Source of the DNA: Elusimicrobiota bacterium
Lineage (GTDB): Bacteria > Elusimicrobiota > Elusimicrobia > F11
Assembly: GCA_022072025.1 (NCBI GenBank)
Contig: JAJVIP010000003.1
Coordinates: forward strand, 1-64,000
DNA length: 64,000 bases
Reading direction: 5' to 3'
Part shown: positions 1-9,927 of the stretch, piece by piece
Position numbering within the stretch: position 1 is the first letter of the stretch
How the letters are laid out: each line of letters opens with the position of its first letter
Notes under the pieces: generated by a model
What the model was told of the DNA's origin: nothing
Databases searched by the model: none
Seen by the model: the letters and a program-made list of their open reading frames with translations, nothing else
Program-made: the position numbers and the translations under genes

Positions 1-3
1 CCT

Positions 4-249
4 GTGGAGTTTGACTCTGGTGATATTAACAACCTAGTCACTCAATACCAGGTTCACGCCAAGGGCTCACACGGACAGGATGTGGCTAGTAGTACTATCC
101 GCTCATTTTGTGGAGTGATATTGGACAGGGTTATGACAGTAGAAATGTCTAAAGTTCCAGTTAATGAAATTCAAATCACAGAAGTGCCACCAGATGAAAA
201 AACCAAAGAAAAGGGGAAGAGACTTTCTTGGTTCCGCAAAAACAAATAA
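4..249 (+). CDS. C-terminal fragment of an upstream structural protein (position suggests portal)
   Basis: ORF runs off the window start. It lies immediately upstream of the prohead protease, which in HK97-like head modules is normally preceded by portal. No motif recognised. Confidence 0.25.
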   Translation: MEFDSGDINNLVTQYQVHAKGSHGQDVASSTIRSFCGVILDRVMTVEMSKVPVNEIQITEVPPDEKTKEKGKRLSWFRKNK

Positions 250-314
250 TAGACTTGACAAGACCTATAGTATTACATATAGTAGAGTTTGTTAGTATCC
301 TTTAAGGAGTTGTT

Positions 315-1130
315 ATGAAAGATCTTAGTTTATATGTCCAGTTTGCCAAACGGGACGACGATGAACACATCGTAGAGGGTTGGGCTAGTTCGGAAGCCAT
401 AGATAGCCAGGGTGAGGTCATTAAGATCGAAGCCATTGAAAAGGCTCTTCCAGACTATATGAAGTTCGCCAATATTCGTGAAATGCACCAGCTTTCTGCT
501 GTGGGGAAAACAATCGCTGCTTCAATTGATAAGACTAAAAAAGCCCTATACATTGTCGTTAAGGTTGTCGATGACATGGCTTGGAAGAAAGTTAAAGAGG
601 GAGTCTATAATGGATTCTCTATTGGGGGGAGAGTTTTATCTAAAATTGAGAATGTAATAGAAGAGTTATCACTTAACGAAATATCTTTAGTAGACCGCCC
701 AGCTAATCCTCTAGCACTTTTTAGTCTAGTTAAAATTGCTGACGGTAAAGTTGCCGAGGAGGGCAAAATGAAAAAATCAGAAGATGAGCAAATGGGAACT
801 AGCGTATTTTACGCTCAAGAGCTAGTCGAGATGGCCGCAGAAGTAGCACAACTTATTATGTATGCCCGCGGACCAGTAGATAGTAATGGTAAAACAGCAA
901 CTCGCAAAACAGATCACCTTAAGAAGGCTCTTGTTGCCCTCAAAGATGCTGCTACAGTAGAGCTTGCCATGGAAAAGTCTGCAAAGAACGAGGATCTTAA
1001 TAAGGCTAATGACGCTAAAAAAGCCGAGCTCTCATCTATTGCTAAAGATCTTAACGCCCTTATTAAGAGAAAAGACTTTGACCACAACTGGTCAGACTCA
1101 TACTTTGAATCAATGAAAAAGGCGGTGTAA
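315..1130 (+). CDS. prohead maturation protease (HK97/S78-like) with helical C-terminal extension
   Basis: N-terminal 150 aa carries prohead-protease-like motifs (VEGWASSEAIDSQGEVIK, GFSIGG, SLVDRPANP). C-terminal half is charged and helical, scaffold-like. Sits directly before scaffold and capsid genes. Confidence 0.7.
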   Translation: MKDLSLYVQFAKRDDDEHIVEGWASSEAIDSQGEVIKIEAIEKALPDYMKFANIREMHQLSAVGKTIAASIDKTKKALYIVVKVVDDMAWKKVKEGVYNGFSIGGRVLSKIENVIEELSLNEISLVDRPANPLALFSLVKIADGKVAEEGKMKKSEDEQMGTSVFYAQELVEMAAEVAQLIMYARGPVDSNGKTATRKTDHLKKALVALKDAATVELAMEKSAKNEDLNKANDAKKAELSSIAKDLNALIKRKDFDHNWSDSYFESMKKAV

Positions 1131-1251
1131 CTATGAGCCCACAAGGGAAGCCAATGCCTCAACCAAAGGTTGAACCTCAAAAGCCACCAGTGGTCCCCCC
1201 AACACCTACTCCAGAACCACCAAAGGTGATTATTGACGAGGCAAAACAAGT

Positions 1252-1470
1252 TTAACTATATTTGTTAAACGGACGATATATTCCACCAAGATCAATTTTT
1301 TGGCGACGGATTTCATCTTGTTTTCTTTTATACCACTCTCTCCAGATCTCTCTATCCCGATCTGTTCTTTTTTTGCGGTAAGCCAGGAGCTTCTTTCTGT
1401 GCTTAGAATAATATTCTCTGTTATAGGATTCTAGATATTCAGCTTGTTTTTCTGGGTTTTTATATGGCAT
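1252..1470 (-). CDS. small basic hypothetical protein (antisense to the head module)
   Basis: 72-aa Lys/Arg-rich ORF in the 500-bp gap between protease and scaffold genes. No homology recognised; could be spurious. Confidence 0.2.
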   Translation of the reverse strand: MPYKNPEKQAEYLESYNREYYSKHRKKLLAYRKKRTDRDREIWREWYKRKQDEIRRQKIDLGGIYRPFNKYS

Positions 1471-1524
1471 AATACTATTATACCAGATATATCAAATCCA
1501 AAACCAAGAAGTATAATTTGCCTA

Positions 1525-1554
1525 TTGACATAGTATTATAGGGTATGCTATATT
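1525..1554 (+). promoter_or_regulatory. sigma70-like promoter (TTGACA-18-TATATT)
   Basis: TTGACA at 1525-1530 and TATATT at 1549-1554, upstream of the scaffold and capsid genes. Confidence 0.45.
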
Positions 1555-1594
1555 GAACTATAGGTTGGTAAAACCACTATTATGATAGCGGAGT

Positions 1595-1620
1595 ACCACA
1601 GGCTTACCCCTGTGGTTTTT
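1595..1620 (+). terminator. intrinsic terminator-like hairpin (ACCACAGG-CTTACC-CCTGTGGT followed by TTTTT)
   Basis: Perfect 8-bp GC-rich stem followed by a T-run on the + strand, 9 nt before the ATG at 1629. Possible attenuator or processing element. Confidence 0.4.
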
Positions 1621-1628
1621 GTGTAAAT

Positions 1629-2534
1629 ATGACAGACATTATTATAGAAAAGACACCAACTGAAGTTTTGGATGAGATTATTAACTTATTACACAAAAAT
1701 GGGAAGGAGGTGAATAACGAAATGACTAAGAAAACACTCAATAAGTCCGAAGAACCAAAGGTAGAGGAAGTAATAGTAGAGGAAAAGGTTGAAGAAACCC
1801 CAGTAGTTGAAGCTCCTGCCGAGGTTGTAGAGGATAAAGTCGAAGAGGCTGTCGAGACTCCTGCTGAAAAAGTAGAAGACGAAGAGAAGCCCGCCGAGGA
1901 AGCTGTTGAAGCTCCAGCGGAAGAGAAAGTAGAGGATAAAGTCGAGGAAAAACCTGCCGAGGAAACCCCAGCTGAAGAAGTTCCTGCTGAAGAAGCAGAA
2001 ATTGTCGAAGAGGCAAAGGTGGAGACAGATTTAACCAAGGATTTTTCCGCCAAACTCGAAGACTTAACCAAAAAGCTTGATACTATGGCAGAGACATTAA
2101 AGACTCTTGCTGAAGTAGCAGCTGCCAAAAAAGTAGACGAGACTCCAGAAGATGGTGAGGCCGATGAGGATAAACCAGAGGAGGAAGTAAAAGAAAAGGT
2201 TGAAGTAGAGGAGAAGCCAGTTGAAAAAACTGACGAACCTGAAAAAACCAAAGCAGATACTTCTTCAGAAGGAGCCAATGGATTGCTTAAAGCTCTCGGA
2301 GAAATTAAAGAGAGGCTCTTGAAGCTAGAGGCTCAACCAGCCCCTTCAAAAGTAATTGTTTCCCGTGATGGGACTACCACAAAAGTTGATGCTGTCGCAG
2401 GGGAAGACAGACTCAGCGAGATTGAAAAGAGACTTAGCGAGATCGACAAGATCCGCACAGACTCACCACATCTCTATGGCAAAGACCTCATGAATGAAGC
2501 GATTGACCTGATCAAAGAAAAGAAGAATATGTAA
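1629..2534 (+). CDS. acidic, Glu-rich coiled-coil protein, probable scaffolding protein
   Basis: Low-complexity E/K/A/P-rich sequence with C-terminal heptad-like segment. Located between protease and major capsid genes. Confidence 0.4.
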   Translation: MTDIIIEKTPTEVLDEIINLLHKNGKEVNNEMTKKTLNKSEEPKVEEVIVEEKVEETPVVEAPAEVVEDKVEEAVETPAEKVEDEEKPAEEAVEAPAEEKVEDKVEEKPAEETPAEEVPAEEAEIVEEAKVETDLTKDFSAKLEDLTKKLDTMAETLKTLAEVAAAKKVDETPEDGEADEDKPEEEVKEKVEVEEKPVEKTDEPEKTKADTSSEGANGLLKALGEIKERLLKLEAQPAPSKVIVSRDGTTTKVDAVAGEDRLSEIEKRLSEIDKIRTDSPHLYGKDLMNEAIDLIKEKKNM

Positions 2535-2586
2535 AATCTGAAAACTCTAATTACAAATAGTTCCTTTAAAGGAGGTGAAAAATATT

Positions 2587-3597
2587 ATGAACGAAGTAGA
2601 TCAAACACTTAACGATATTAAAGATTTAATCGCTAAGGCAGCAGAAACTAATGCTAGTTATACTTTCTCCCCAGCAACACGCTCAGTGTTCGCTCCTGAG
2701 AACCTTGACGAAGAGATAAGATATTTAGTGCCAATTGACACTCCACTTCGCAATCGCTTTCCCCGCGTCCAAGGATTCGGTCAAGCAGCATCGTGGAAAC
2801 AAATGACATCTAATGTTCACTCTGGCATGCACCCAGCAGCTAATGTTGGACTTGGTACTGCTACTACGATAGCCTTTGCAGACGCAGGCGCTCCTAGCGA
2901 AACTACTCAGACATACAGTATCACCACAGCTGCTTACAAACTTTTGGGCCGCAAGCTCGAAGTTGGTGGCTTGGCACTTGCATCGTCTAAGGGTCGTGAT
3001 GGTCAGCCAGATATGCAAAAGTCTCGCGAACAAATCAAGATGTACGAAGTTATGCTCGGTGAAGAGGAAATGCTTATTGCTGGTGACGCAGCCGCAAGAA
3101 CTAACGAATTCAGTGGTTTAAACAAATTAATCACAACAAATTCAGGTTCTGTAACATTTGTCACAGCTTCAGGCGTTGGATCATGGTGCCAGACACTTTA
3201 CGGTGTAGGTGCTAACCCAACAGTACTTGTAGCCTCAGCCCGTCAATTACAAGCTCTTGCAGACGATCTCGAAAAATCAGGCTCTATTCAAAGAGTTATG
3301 ATTGCTCAAGGTCAGCAGGGTGGAGTAATCGGTGGATTGGCACTCGAAAAGATTGTCAACCCAGTAACAGGATCTCTTATCGAAACTAAGGTGTCACGCT
3401 TTGTAGGATATGGTGGTCTTCTCCTTACCGAGAAGTCTCCAGCAGGCGAAACATGGATTGAAGTGGATCAACTCATCCCAATGAGTCGTGTTGATGTTCC
3501 ATCAAGCACTTTCTCCTATGTCAGCTTTATTCTCGAAGGTTTGGCCCTCAAGCTTATCGGAGAACCATACCAGTTGAAATTCAATACTGGTGCTTAA
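2587..3597 (+). CDS. major capsid protein (HK97-fold-like)
   Basis: About 337 aa, strong SD GGAGGTGA 8 nt upstream of the ATG at 2587. The track's GTG at 2575 lies inside the SD. Position after protease and scaffold and the composition fit a major capsid protein. Confidence 0.7.
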   Translation: MNEVDQTLNDIKDLIAKAAETNASYTFSPATRSVFAPENLDEEIRYLVPIDTPLRNRFPRVQGFGQAASWKQMTSNVHSGMHPAANVGLGTATTIAFADAGAPSETTQTYSITTAAYKLLGRKLEVGGLALASSKGRDGQPDMQKSREQIKMYEVMLGEEEMLIAGDAAARTNEFSGLNKLITTNSGSVTFVTASGVGSWCQTLYGVGANPTVLVASARQLQALADDLEKSGSIQRVMIAQGQQGGVIGGLALEKIVNPVTGSLIETKVSRFVGYGGLLLTEKSPAGETWIEVDQLIPMSRVDVPSSTFSYVSFILEGLALKLIGEPYQLKFNTGA

Positions 3598-3613
3598 AGA
3601 CTAGGCATTGTTT

Positions 3614-3650
3614 CTTACCCCCGTTCATTTCTTTGACGGGGGTAAGGGCA
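3614..3650 (+). terminator. strong stem-loop directly after the capsid gene (CTTACCCCCGT...ACGGGGGTAAG)
   Basis: 11-bp perfect inverted repeat without a clear U-tract. Likely a partial terminator or mRNA-stability element. Confidence 0.3.
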
Positions 3651-3688
3651 AAGAAATAATAATGCTTGGTAATTAAGGAGAACAATAC

Positions 3689-4366
3689 ATGCCAGGAACT
3701 GCTACTCCACTCGGATACTGTGATAAGACCGATCTGGAGAACTTTTTGTTAATGACGATTGATTCGTCGTTCAATACTCAGGTGAATGACTGGATTGCTG
3801 CGGCTGAAAATCAAGCTAATGGTTTCATGGGATATACAACTGCATCAGGGATAATGAATGAGGCGATTGTTGACGAAATCCAGGATGGAACAGTTAATTC
3901 TGATGGAGATCTTATAATCTTCCCAAGAAAATCTCCCCTTAATTCTATTTCAAGCATTTCCCTAATCAAGGGAACTTCCAGTATTACTCTCACCCTAACT
4001 GACTCTAGTGGTTCACCAAAATATAATATCCCCACTCACAGCAGGTCGGTATTATATCCAGGATACGAACTATCTATCACTGGTAGTAGTGTTATCACTA
4101 GCTTCAACGATTTAAGAGCTGGAAAATTCTTTACCAAGATGAGTTATGTTGCTGGATATACTACTGTCCCCGCCGATATTCGCCTCGCCACAGTTAATTA
4201 TGTAGCAGATGTACTCATGAGACATACAAATAAGGAGGCACTAGCGGCAATTACCCAGGGGAAGGTGAGTAAGAGATGGCAGGAGAGAAGGGGCGGAAAG
4301 TCCGACTTTATTCTTGATGCTGAGGATCTTCTCCAGGGATACAGATTGACCCAACGGTGGGTTTAA
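3689..4366 (+). CDS. head-tail connector / adaptor protein (gp6-like)
   Basis: N-terminal TDLENFLLMTIDSSFNTQVNDWIAAAE pattern is typical of phage head-tail connector proteins. Synteny after capsid gene. Confidence 0.45.
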   Translation: MPGTATPLGYCDKTDLENFLLMTIDSSFNTQVNDWIAAAENQANGFMGYTTASGIMNEAIVDEIQDGTVNSDGDLIIFPRKSPLNSISSISLIKGTSSITLTLTDSSGSPKYNIPTHSRSVLYPGYELSITGSSVITSFNDLRAGKFFTKMSYVAGYTTVPADIRLATVNYVADVLMRHTNKEALAAITQGKVSKRWQERRGGKSDFILDAEDLLQGYRLTQRWV

Positions 4367-4367
4367 T

Positions 4368-4697
4368 ATGTCCTTAATCATAGACACTATAGTATCAGTC
4401 AAAAGACTGACGAGAGATTCCGATAACCCCAACAAAGAATCTTATCAGCCAAATTTAGCACTCCAATGTGTAAAATGCCAACTCCAACCAGCCTCCGCTG
4501 AAGATACCGCCATGGCAAATGGAGTATTCGGGCAAACATACACTGGGTTTACCACAGAGTCTGGGGTACTTTCTGGTGATCACCTAACAGTCTCTGGTAC
4601 GGGAAAAACATTTAGAGTAAAGGGAATCCAAGATTGGCAACTCCCAGATCTATCTCCTCATATTGAATGGTCGCTTATTTCTATGGAGGAAGACTAA
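4368..4697 (+). CDS. head-closure / head-tail joining protein
   Basis: 109 aa, start overlaps previous stop (TAATG). Position in neck module. Confidence 0.35.
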   Translation: MSLIIDTIVSVKRLTRDSDNPNKESYQPNLALQCVKCQLQPASAEDTAMANGVFGQTYTGFTTESGVLSGDHLTVSGTGKTFRVKGIQDWQLPDLSPHIEWSLISMEED

Positions 4698-5191
4698 TGC
4701 CTGGACAATATATTGTCACTATCGATGGGGCTGAACAGGTTGTAAAAGACCTGCTCCACATGAGCAGTCGCCTAGGGATGGACTCTGAAAATATGCTTGA
4801 TGGGCTCGCCCAAGAAGCCAGAATGATGTTGTCTGCCAATGCACCAAGAACCCAGGGATACCTCGCAGATAGTATGGATGTTATCTACTCTAATCGGGGA
4901 GAACGCTGGATTGGGGCGGGAGAATCTGGCCCAAGCTCCGAATTCCCACCATCTCACTATATTGACTATGTAGAACAGGGCGGGGGGCCAACCACTACAA
5001 TGCCAAATGTGGAAGACATTATGGCTCGCTTTGGACTAGATCTACGCCAAGCCATTGTATTCTCTAGGTATTTACAAACCTCTGGTAAGGCGGTTCGCCA
5101 AGCTAGTGGTTTTGTCCGTCGCACCGCTGACCAAATACAATCAAACTACTTATCTTCAGTACAACGAATGTTGGATAGGATTATCTTATGA
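4697..5191 (+). CDS. neck / tail-completion protein
   Basis: ATG at 4697 overlaps the upstream stop, with SD GGAGGAAG. Synteny only. Confidence 0.3.
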   Translation: MPGQYIVTIDGAEQVVKDLLHMSSRLGMDSENMLDGLAQEARMMLSANAPRTQGYLADSMDVIYSNRGERWIGAGESGPSSEFPPSHYIDYVEQGGGPTTTMPNVEDIMARFGLDLRQAIVFSRYLQTSGKAVRQASGFVRRTADQIQSNYLSSVQRMLDRIIL

Positions 5192-5607
5192 GTGTAAATA
5201 CTGTTCGTACAAAACTACTTACCGCCCTTAATGATATGCAATCTATTAAGGCCGCCTTTGATTGGGAAACTAGTAATCCAGACGGTAAATATCCATTTGC
5301 CACTCTCACTCTCAGGGAGGGGGATGCTATTTTCCAGTCAACGGCCCATAACTTGAGAAAAGAGGGTTTTCGTATTAGAATATACCAAGAACGCTCTAAA
5401 ATGGGGCAGGGTCCAGAAAGTGCTGAAGATATATCAGCTAATGTCATAGATGAGCTACAAGCTCACCTAGACAGAAACACAACCCTGTCTGGTACGGTGA
5501 AATATGTTCGTCCGATTGGGTGGAGAGCTTCTTATATAGATCGAGAATTGGATAGCAGAATTTTAGAAGTAGATATTGATGCTTACGAAATTGTTAATTC
5601 TTTATAA
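5188..5607 (+). CDS. tail terminator-like protein
   Basis: 139 aa, translationally coupled (ATGA overlap). Synteny before major tail protein. Confidence 0.25.
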   Translation: MSVNTVRTKLLTALNDMQSIKAAFDWETSNPDGKYPFATLTLREGDAIFQSTAHNLRKEGFRIRIYQERSKMGQGPESAEDISANVIDELQAHLDRNTTLSGTVKYVRPIGWRASYIDRELDSRILEVDIDAYEIVNSL

Positions 5608-5627
5608 CCTCGAAAGGAGGTGAAAAT

Positions 5628-6581
5628 ATGAGCATAACTATTGGAAGACTTGGATATTTTGGTCTTGGATTAGAATCCAGCCCTGGTAGTGCTGCATCAG
5701 CAAGTGTTTTCTTGCCTTATACAGACATGTCGCTTCGTGCCCATCACGAACCAATTGAAGATATTGCATCAAAGACCTCTCGCTTGATGGATAAAGATTC
5801 AGTTGTTGGTAAAAAGTGGGGAGAAGGAGATGTTGCAATTAACCTTGATGTAGTAAATTCTGGTTATCTTTGGAAGATGGCACTCGGCAACGAGATGCTT
5901 GAAACTGGGACACCAAATAGTCACACATTCTATGTGACCGCATCTGGAAACACTCCAAAGACTGGTACAGTTATCATGGGTAGAGACACTGATGTAGAAC
6001 AATACACCTTTGCCTCAATCGATGAATTGAATATGGAAGTATCTGATGGGCTGGCAACTTTAACAGCCTCTCTCATGTCCGCATTCCCAACTGTCGGGGC
6101 GACACAAACTGTAACTACAACCTCTGGTTCTATCTTTAGCTTCAAGGATCTTGGAGTTAGATTTGGTTCCACATTGACAACAGCAGCTGCCGCTTCTGCT
6201 ACACCTATTAACGACCTTTCACTCACTATTTCAAACAATATTGAAGTGATCCATCGCTCGGGAAGTGCAGATGTTTCAACAATCAGAACAAAGGGTATCC
6301 GCGTAAGTGGGTCATACACCGTGTTCTTCGATTCAGAAACAGACAAGAATGCCTACTACAACCTAAACAAGCGTTCAATGGAATTGAAGTTTACTGGAAA
6401 CGCCAATGAAGAATTGCGTGTCCGTATTCCTCGCTTCCGTTTGTCAGAGGGAGAAATCTCTACTGGCCTTGATGACTTCTTTGTCATCAGCGCAGAATTT
6501 GTTGCAGAAGATGTAATTGACTCTGGGGTTCGCCTCATTGATGTCAGACTTCAAAACGACAAAGGCACTGTGTACGCATAA
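5628..6581 (+). CDS. major tail (tube) protein
   Basis: 317 aa with strong SD AAAGGAGGTGAAAATATG. Located immediately upstream of the tail chaperone and tape measure. Confidence 0.5.
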   Translation: MSITIGRLGYFGLGLESSPGSAASASVFLPYTDMSLRAHHEPIEDIASKTSRLMDKDSVVGKKWGEGDVAINLDVVNSGYLWKMALGNEMLETGTPNSHTFYVTASGNTPKTGTVIMGRDTDVEQYTFASIDELNMEVSDGLATLTASLMSAFPTVGATQTVTTTSGSIFSFKDLGVRFGSTLTTAAAASATPINDLSLTISNNIEVIHRSGSADVSTIRTKGIRVSGSYTVFFDSETDKNAYYNLNKRSMELKFTGNANEELRVRIPRFRLSEGEISTGLDDFFVISAEFVAEDVIDSGVRLIDVRLQNDKGTVYA

Positions 6582-6612
6582 AATTATTAATTAATTAATT
6601 AAGGAGGAACAA

Positions 6613-6972
6613 ATGAATCCTAATATACCAAGCATTGAATTGGCGTTGCCTGAGACTGGCTATGTGGTTAAAATCCAGAAATGGCTTACCATCGGTCAGT
6701 CTCGGGAGCTCCAAAGAGTTATGTTCGGCGATGCCTCATTCAACCCCGCCGAGGGGAAAATGAGTGATGTTAAGTTGAACACCTTTTTGGACATGCAAGA
6801 AAAAGCGGCTGGAATTATTATCCAATCTATTACTAAGGGAGATGAGACAATCTCATTTACTAAAGAATGGTTGGATTCTCTTCCAATAAAAGATGGCAAT
6901 CTCTTATATGAGAAAGTCAACGAAGTAACTGGAAACGCCAGCCTTTCTGAGGATGCAAGAAAAAAATCCTAA
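6613..6972 (+). CDS. tail assembly chaperone (G-like)
   Basis: 119 aa with SD AAGGAGG. Sits between major tail protein and tape measure and ends in slippery A_AAA_AAA. Confidence 0.6.
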   Translation: MNPNIPSIELALPETGYVVKIQKWLTIGQSRELQRVMFGDASFNPAEGKMSDVKLNTFLDMQEKAAGIIIQSITKGDETISFTKEWLDSLPIKDGNLLYEKVNEVTGNASLSEDARKKS

Positions 6973-7226
6973 AGGAGGTAGTGCCGATCATTTATGGTCG
7001 GGCAGGAAGCTCCGAGACATATCAGAGATATGTAATGTGCAAAACATTTAAATGGGATTTGTATACCTATGAAGCCCAGCCTCTATGGTTCATAGAAGAA
7101 TTACTCCTGGTAATGAATCAGGAGAACCAAAAAAGTAAACAAGAAAACGATAAATCAAGGAATCGAAATTCTTCTATAGCTAGTATCGCGCCGTCTGCCC
7201 GCAGACCCGTGGTTAGGAGAGGATAA
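6613..7226 (+). CDS. tail assembly chaperone GT-like fusion (via -1 frameshift at 6960-6966)
   Basis: Frame analysis done by hand: gene frame start%3=1; -1 frame start%3=0 matches the track ORF 6981..7226. Confidence 0.5.
6960..6966 (+). promoter_or_regulatory. -1 programmed ribosomal frameshift slippery heptamer A_AAA_AAA
   Basis: In-frame codons AGA AAA AAA TCC TAA. The -1 frame is open from 6966 to the TAA at 7224-7226, which overlaps the tape-measure ATG. An SD-like AAGGAGGT lies 5 nt downstream. Confidence 0.55.
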
Positions 7227-9919
7227 TGGACAGACAAATTGCTCTGATCCTAAAGTTTATTGATCAAGCCTCAGCCCCATTACAGGCGGCAGCGGGGGCG
7301 GTTAATAATGCTTTTAAGGGGATGACCTCAGCTACTTCAAGTGCTACTGGATCATTGACTAGTGCGTGGGGAACGGCAGTCGGAAAGATAACTAGTTGGT
7401 TTGGGGAGATGGTTGACAAGGGGAAGTGGGCATCGCTCCTTGTCGGTGGCTATTTAATGAATATAGTCAAAGATCTGATTTCTACTGCTTCCGAGTTTGA
7501 AAAGTTTTCTGTTGCCACGGAATTTTTGACTGGTAGTACCGCAGATGTTACTAAGTTTGCTCAAGCCATTCGTGAAATGGCGGTTGACTCTGTTTTTGGA
7601 CTAGAACAAGTAACTGAACTTGGGAAGAGAATGGTTGGTAATACCAAGGATGTAGATCGCTCCACTGTAGCAATGAAAGCCATGATGGACGCTGTAGCCG
7701 CTACTGGGGGTGGATATTCAGAGTTAGAGGGGGTGGTAAGAGCCTGGATCCAGACAAACTCAAAAGCTAAAGCTTCGTCTGAAGAAATGAATAGACAATT
7801 TTCAAATGCCAACATCCCAGTTTTGCGGGTGTTAGCTGAGAGTATTGTTAATAATGCTGACAATCCCCTCCGCAAATATATCCAAACAGCTGGAGCTACT
7901 GGTGGAGCGAATAAAACCCTCACAAAATCATATGAGACTGCCTCAGATAATATTAAAATATTGGGAGATAAGGTTAAAATAGCCCAACTCAGCCTAGATA
8001 ACTACGAAAAATCAAGCAAAAAAACTGAGGAAGGAGTATTACGCCATAAAGTTGCTCTAGAGTCTGCTCAAAAAGCCCAGGCAAAGGCAAACTCAACCAT
8101 CGCTGAATACACCGCCGCCCAAGCTAAGGCTGGGCAGGCTACAAAAACAACCACTCTGACGGTCGAAGGAGTAATGGCACAACTCCAAGAAATTGGAGAT
8201 CTAAACATCCCTGGTTCAATCGCCGCAGATGCTATTACTAAAGCTCTTAATGAAGCATATGGTGGGGCGAACCAAAGATTAATCCAAACATTTAGCGGAC
8301 AACTCGAAGCCTTTAAAGATCGCATCAAACTAGCAGGACTAGCTTTCCTTGGTCTTGATGAAAACTTTAAAGTCATTGAGGGGTCTGTGTTTCAAAAATT
8401 AACTACATTTTTATCTAATGTTAATAACTGGCTAAAAGAGAATGGAGAGGCTATTGACACATGGGGAAAGAAATTTGGTCAGAGCTTACCACTTGTGTCT
8501 GCCTTTGCAACATTTCTAATCGGAACATTTGCTGGTGCTATTAAAGGAATCCTCGGACCAGCCCTCTTAGTCGGTGCGGCATTCTCAGTTCTTGGTTATG
8601 CTGTGGGGGTACTATTTGATAAACTCAAGGAAGAAACTGGACTTACTGATGAAAAGTTAGTTCCAGCCTACATTGATCTTAACGGACAGCTCCATACCGC
8701 TAATGCTTCCTATAAAGACATGAGTAAGTTTATTGGATCTGCGATGGTTAAACAATCAGATCTGGGTAAAAACATCTCAGATGTAAGAACTGAAACTGAA
8801 AAACAGCATACTGCCCTCAATAATTTAAAAACAGCCTGGGAAGGGGTTAAGTCTGCCCTAGAGGGTTTGGGTGGGGCGTTCTCGGCCTTTGATAAAGCTA
8901 CCACCTCTACTCAAATTCTTAGCAAGTGGTTGACACTAGCCATGTTCCAGTTTGAGCAATCAGTTCTTTGGCTTAGTGCAATGGTATTAAGCATCAGAGC
9001 TCTTGGGGAAGAGATCGGGGCATTCTGGGCAGCGGCGACTGGGGATGATGCGGCGTTTGTGCAACACAAAGCAAATATTGACATTATCAATGGCAAACTT
9101 ACCGAGTTGGAAACTAAATATAAAACTGCTTCTGATAACATCGCAACCACCCTTGCTGGCAACGCTATTACTACTAATACCTGGAAAGATGGGGTGAACG
9201 CATCATTTAATGGTGTCGGTATCAACGCCTCTGAAAATTCAACAAAAATGTCTAGTGGGTTCAATACTGGCATGACTTCCATGGTTACATCTGCCAACAC
9301 AAATATGCCACTCATGTCCTCTTCTGTGGCCACTGGATTTACATCAGCCCAAACCGCCGCGGAAACTTCTTCCAAGGGGATGTATGACTCACTATTTACA
9401 AACTTATCTGCGATGCCACCAATGGCTGAAATCCAATCTAGCTCTATGATGTCTTCATTTAAGGGTGGGATTGAATCTAACAGACCATCTCTTGATAGTA
9501 CGGTGTCAGCAATGATGAAAAGTGTTGATTCTACTCTTGGGAGTGAGGCAAGTAAAGCAAGTGGTCATGGTGGAAGCCTGGTGAGCAACTTTGTTGAGGG
9601 GATAAAGTCTGCCCTTAGAGGACTTGGCGGGATCGCCTCCACTATCGCAGGAAAAATGGGACTCGGAGATCTTAAATTCGAACATGGAGGAATCATCCCA
9701 GGTCCAATTGGTGCTCCAATCCCAGTTATCGCCCACGGGGGAGAAAGAGTTGTTCCTAGATCTGGGGCTGATTCGGGCGGGATGGGCGGAGGAATTGTAA
9801 TCAACTTTAATGGTGGTGTGGTGCTTGACTCTGAGGCTAGAACCCAAGAGCTTGCAGAAAAGATCGGTAGAATGCTTGGAAGACAAAATGAATTAGCTCG
9901 TTATGGAGTAGCTTATTAA
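7226..9919 (+). CDS. tail tape measure protein
   Basis: 897 aa, largely helical and Ala/Gln/Lys-rich, with central hydrophobic segments and a Gly-rich C-terminus. Canonical position after the G/GT chaperone. Confidence 0.85.
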   Translation: MDRQIALILKFIDQASAPLQAAAGAVNNAFKGMTSATSSATGSLTSAWGTAVGKITSWFGEMVDKGKWASLLVGGYLMNIVKDLISTASEFEKFSVATEFLTGSTADVTKFAQAIREMAVDSVFGLEQVTELGKRMVGNTKDVDRSTVAMKAMMDAVAATGGGYSELEGVVRAWIQTNSKAKASSEEMNRQFSNANIPVLRVLAESIVNNADNPLRKYIQTAGATGGANKTLTKSYETASDNIKILGDKVKIAQLSLDNYEKSSKKTEEGVLRHKVALESAQKAQAKANSTIAEYTAAQAKAGQATKTTTLTVEGVMAQLQEIGDLNIPGSIAADAITKALNEAYGGANQRLIQTFSGQLEAFKDRIKLAGLAFLGLDENFKVIEGSVFQKLTTFLSNVNNWLKENGEAIDTWGKKFGQSLPLVSAFATFLIGTFAGAIKGILGPALLVGAAFSVLGYAVGVLFDKLKEETGLTDEKLVPAYIDLNGQLHTANASYKDMSKFIGSAMVKQSDLGKNISDVRTETEKQHTALNNLKTAWEGVKSALEGLGGAFSAFDKATTSTQILSKWLTLAMFQFEQSVLWLSAMVLSIRALGEEIGAFWAAATGDDAAFVQHKANIDIINGKLTELETKYKTASDNIATTLAGNAITTNTWKDGVNASFNGVGINASENSTKMSSGFNTGMTSMVTSANTNMPLMSSSVATGFTSAQTAAETSSKGMYDSLFTNLSAMPPMAEIQSSSMMSSFKGGIESNRPSLDSTVSAMMKSVDSTLGSEASKASGHGGSLVSNFVEGIKSALRGLGGIASTIAGKMGLGDLKFEHGGIIPGPIGAPIPVIAHGGERVVPRSGADSGGMGGGIVINFNGGVVLDSEARTQELAEKIGRMLGRQNELARYGVAY

Positions 9920-9927
9920 GGAGAATT

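Noticed and set aside
1604-2278. 224-aa Ser/Thr-rich ORF on the minus strand
   Set aside because: It is the antisense of the Glu-rich scaffold gene (GAA/GAG codons read as TTC/CTC), a low-complexity mirror artefact. The nested minus-strand ORF 1738..2016 is the same kind of artefact.
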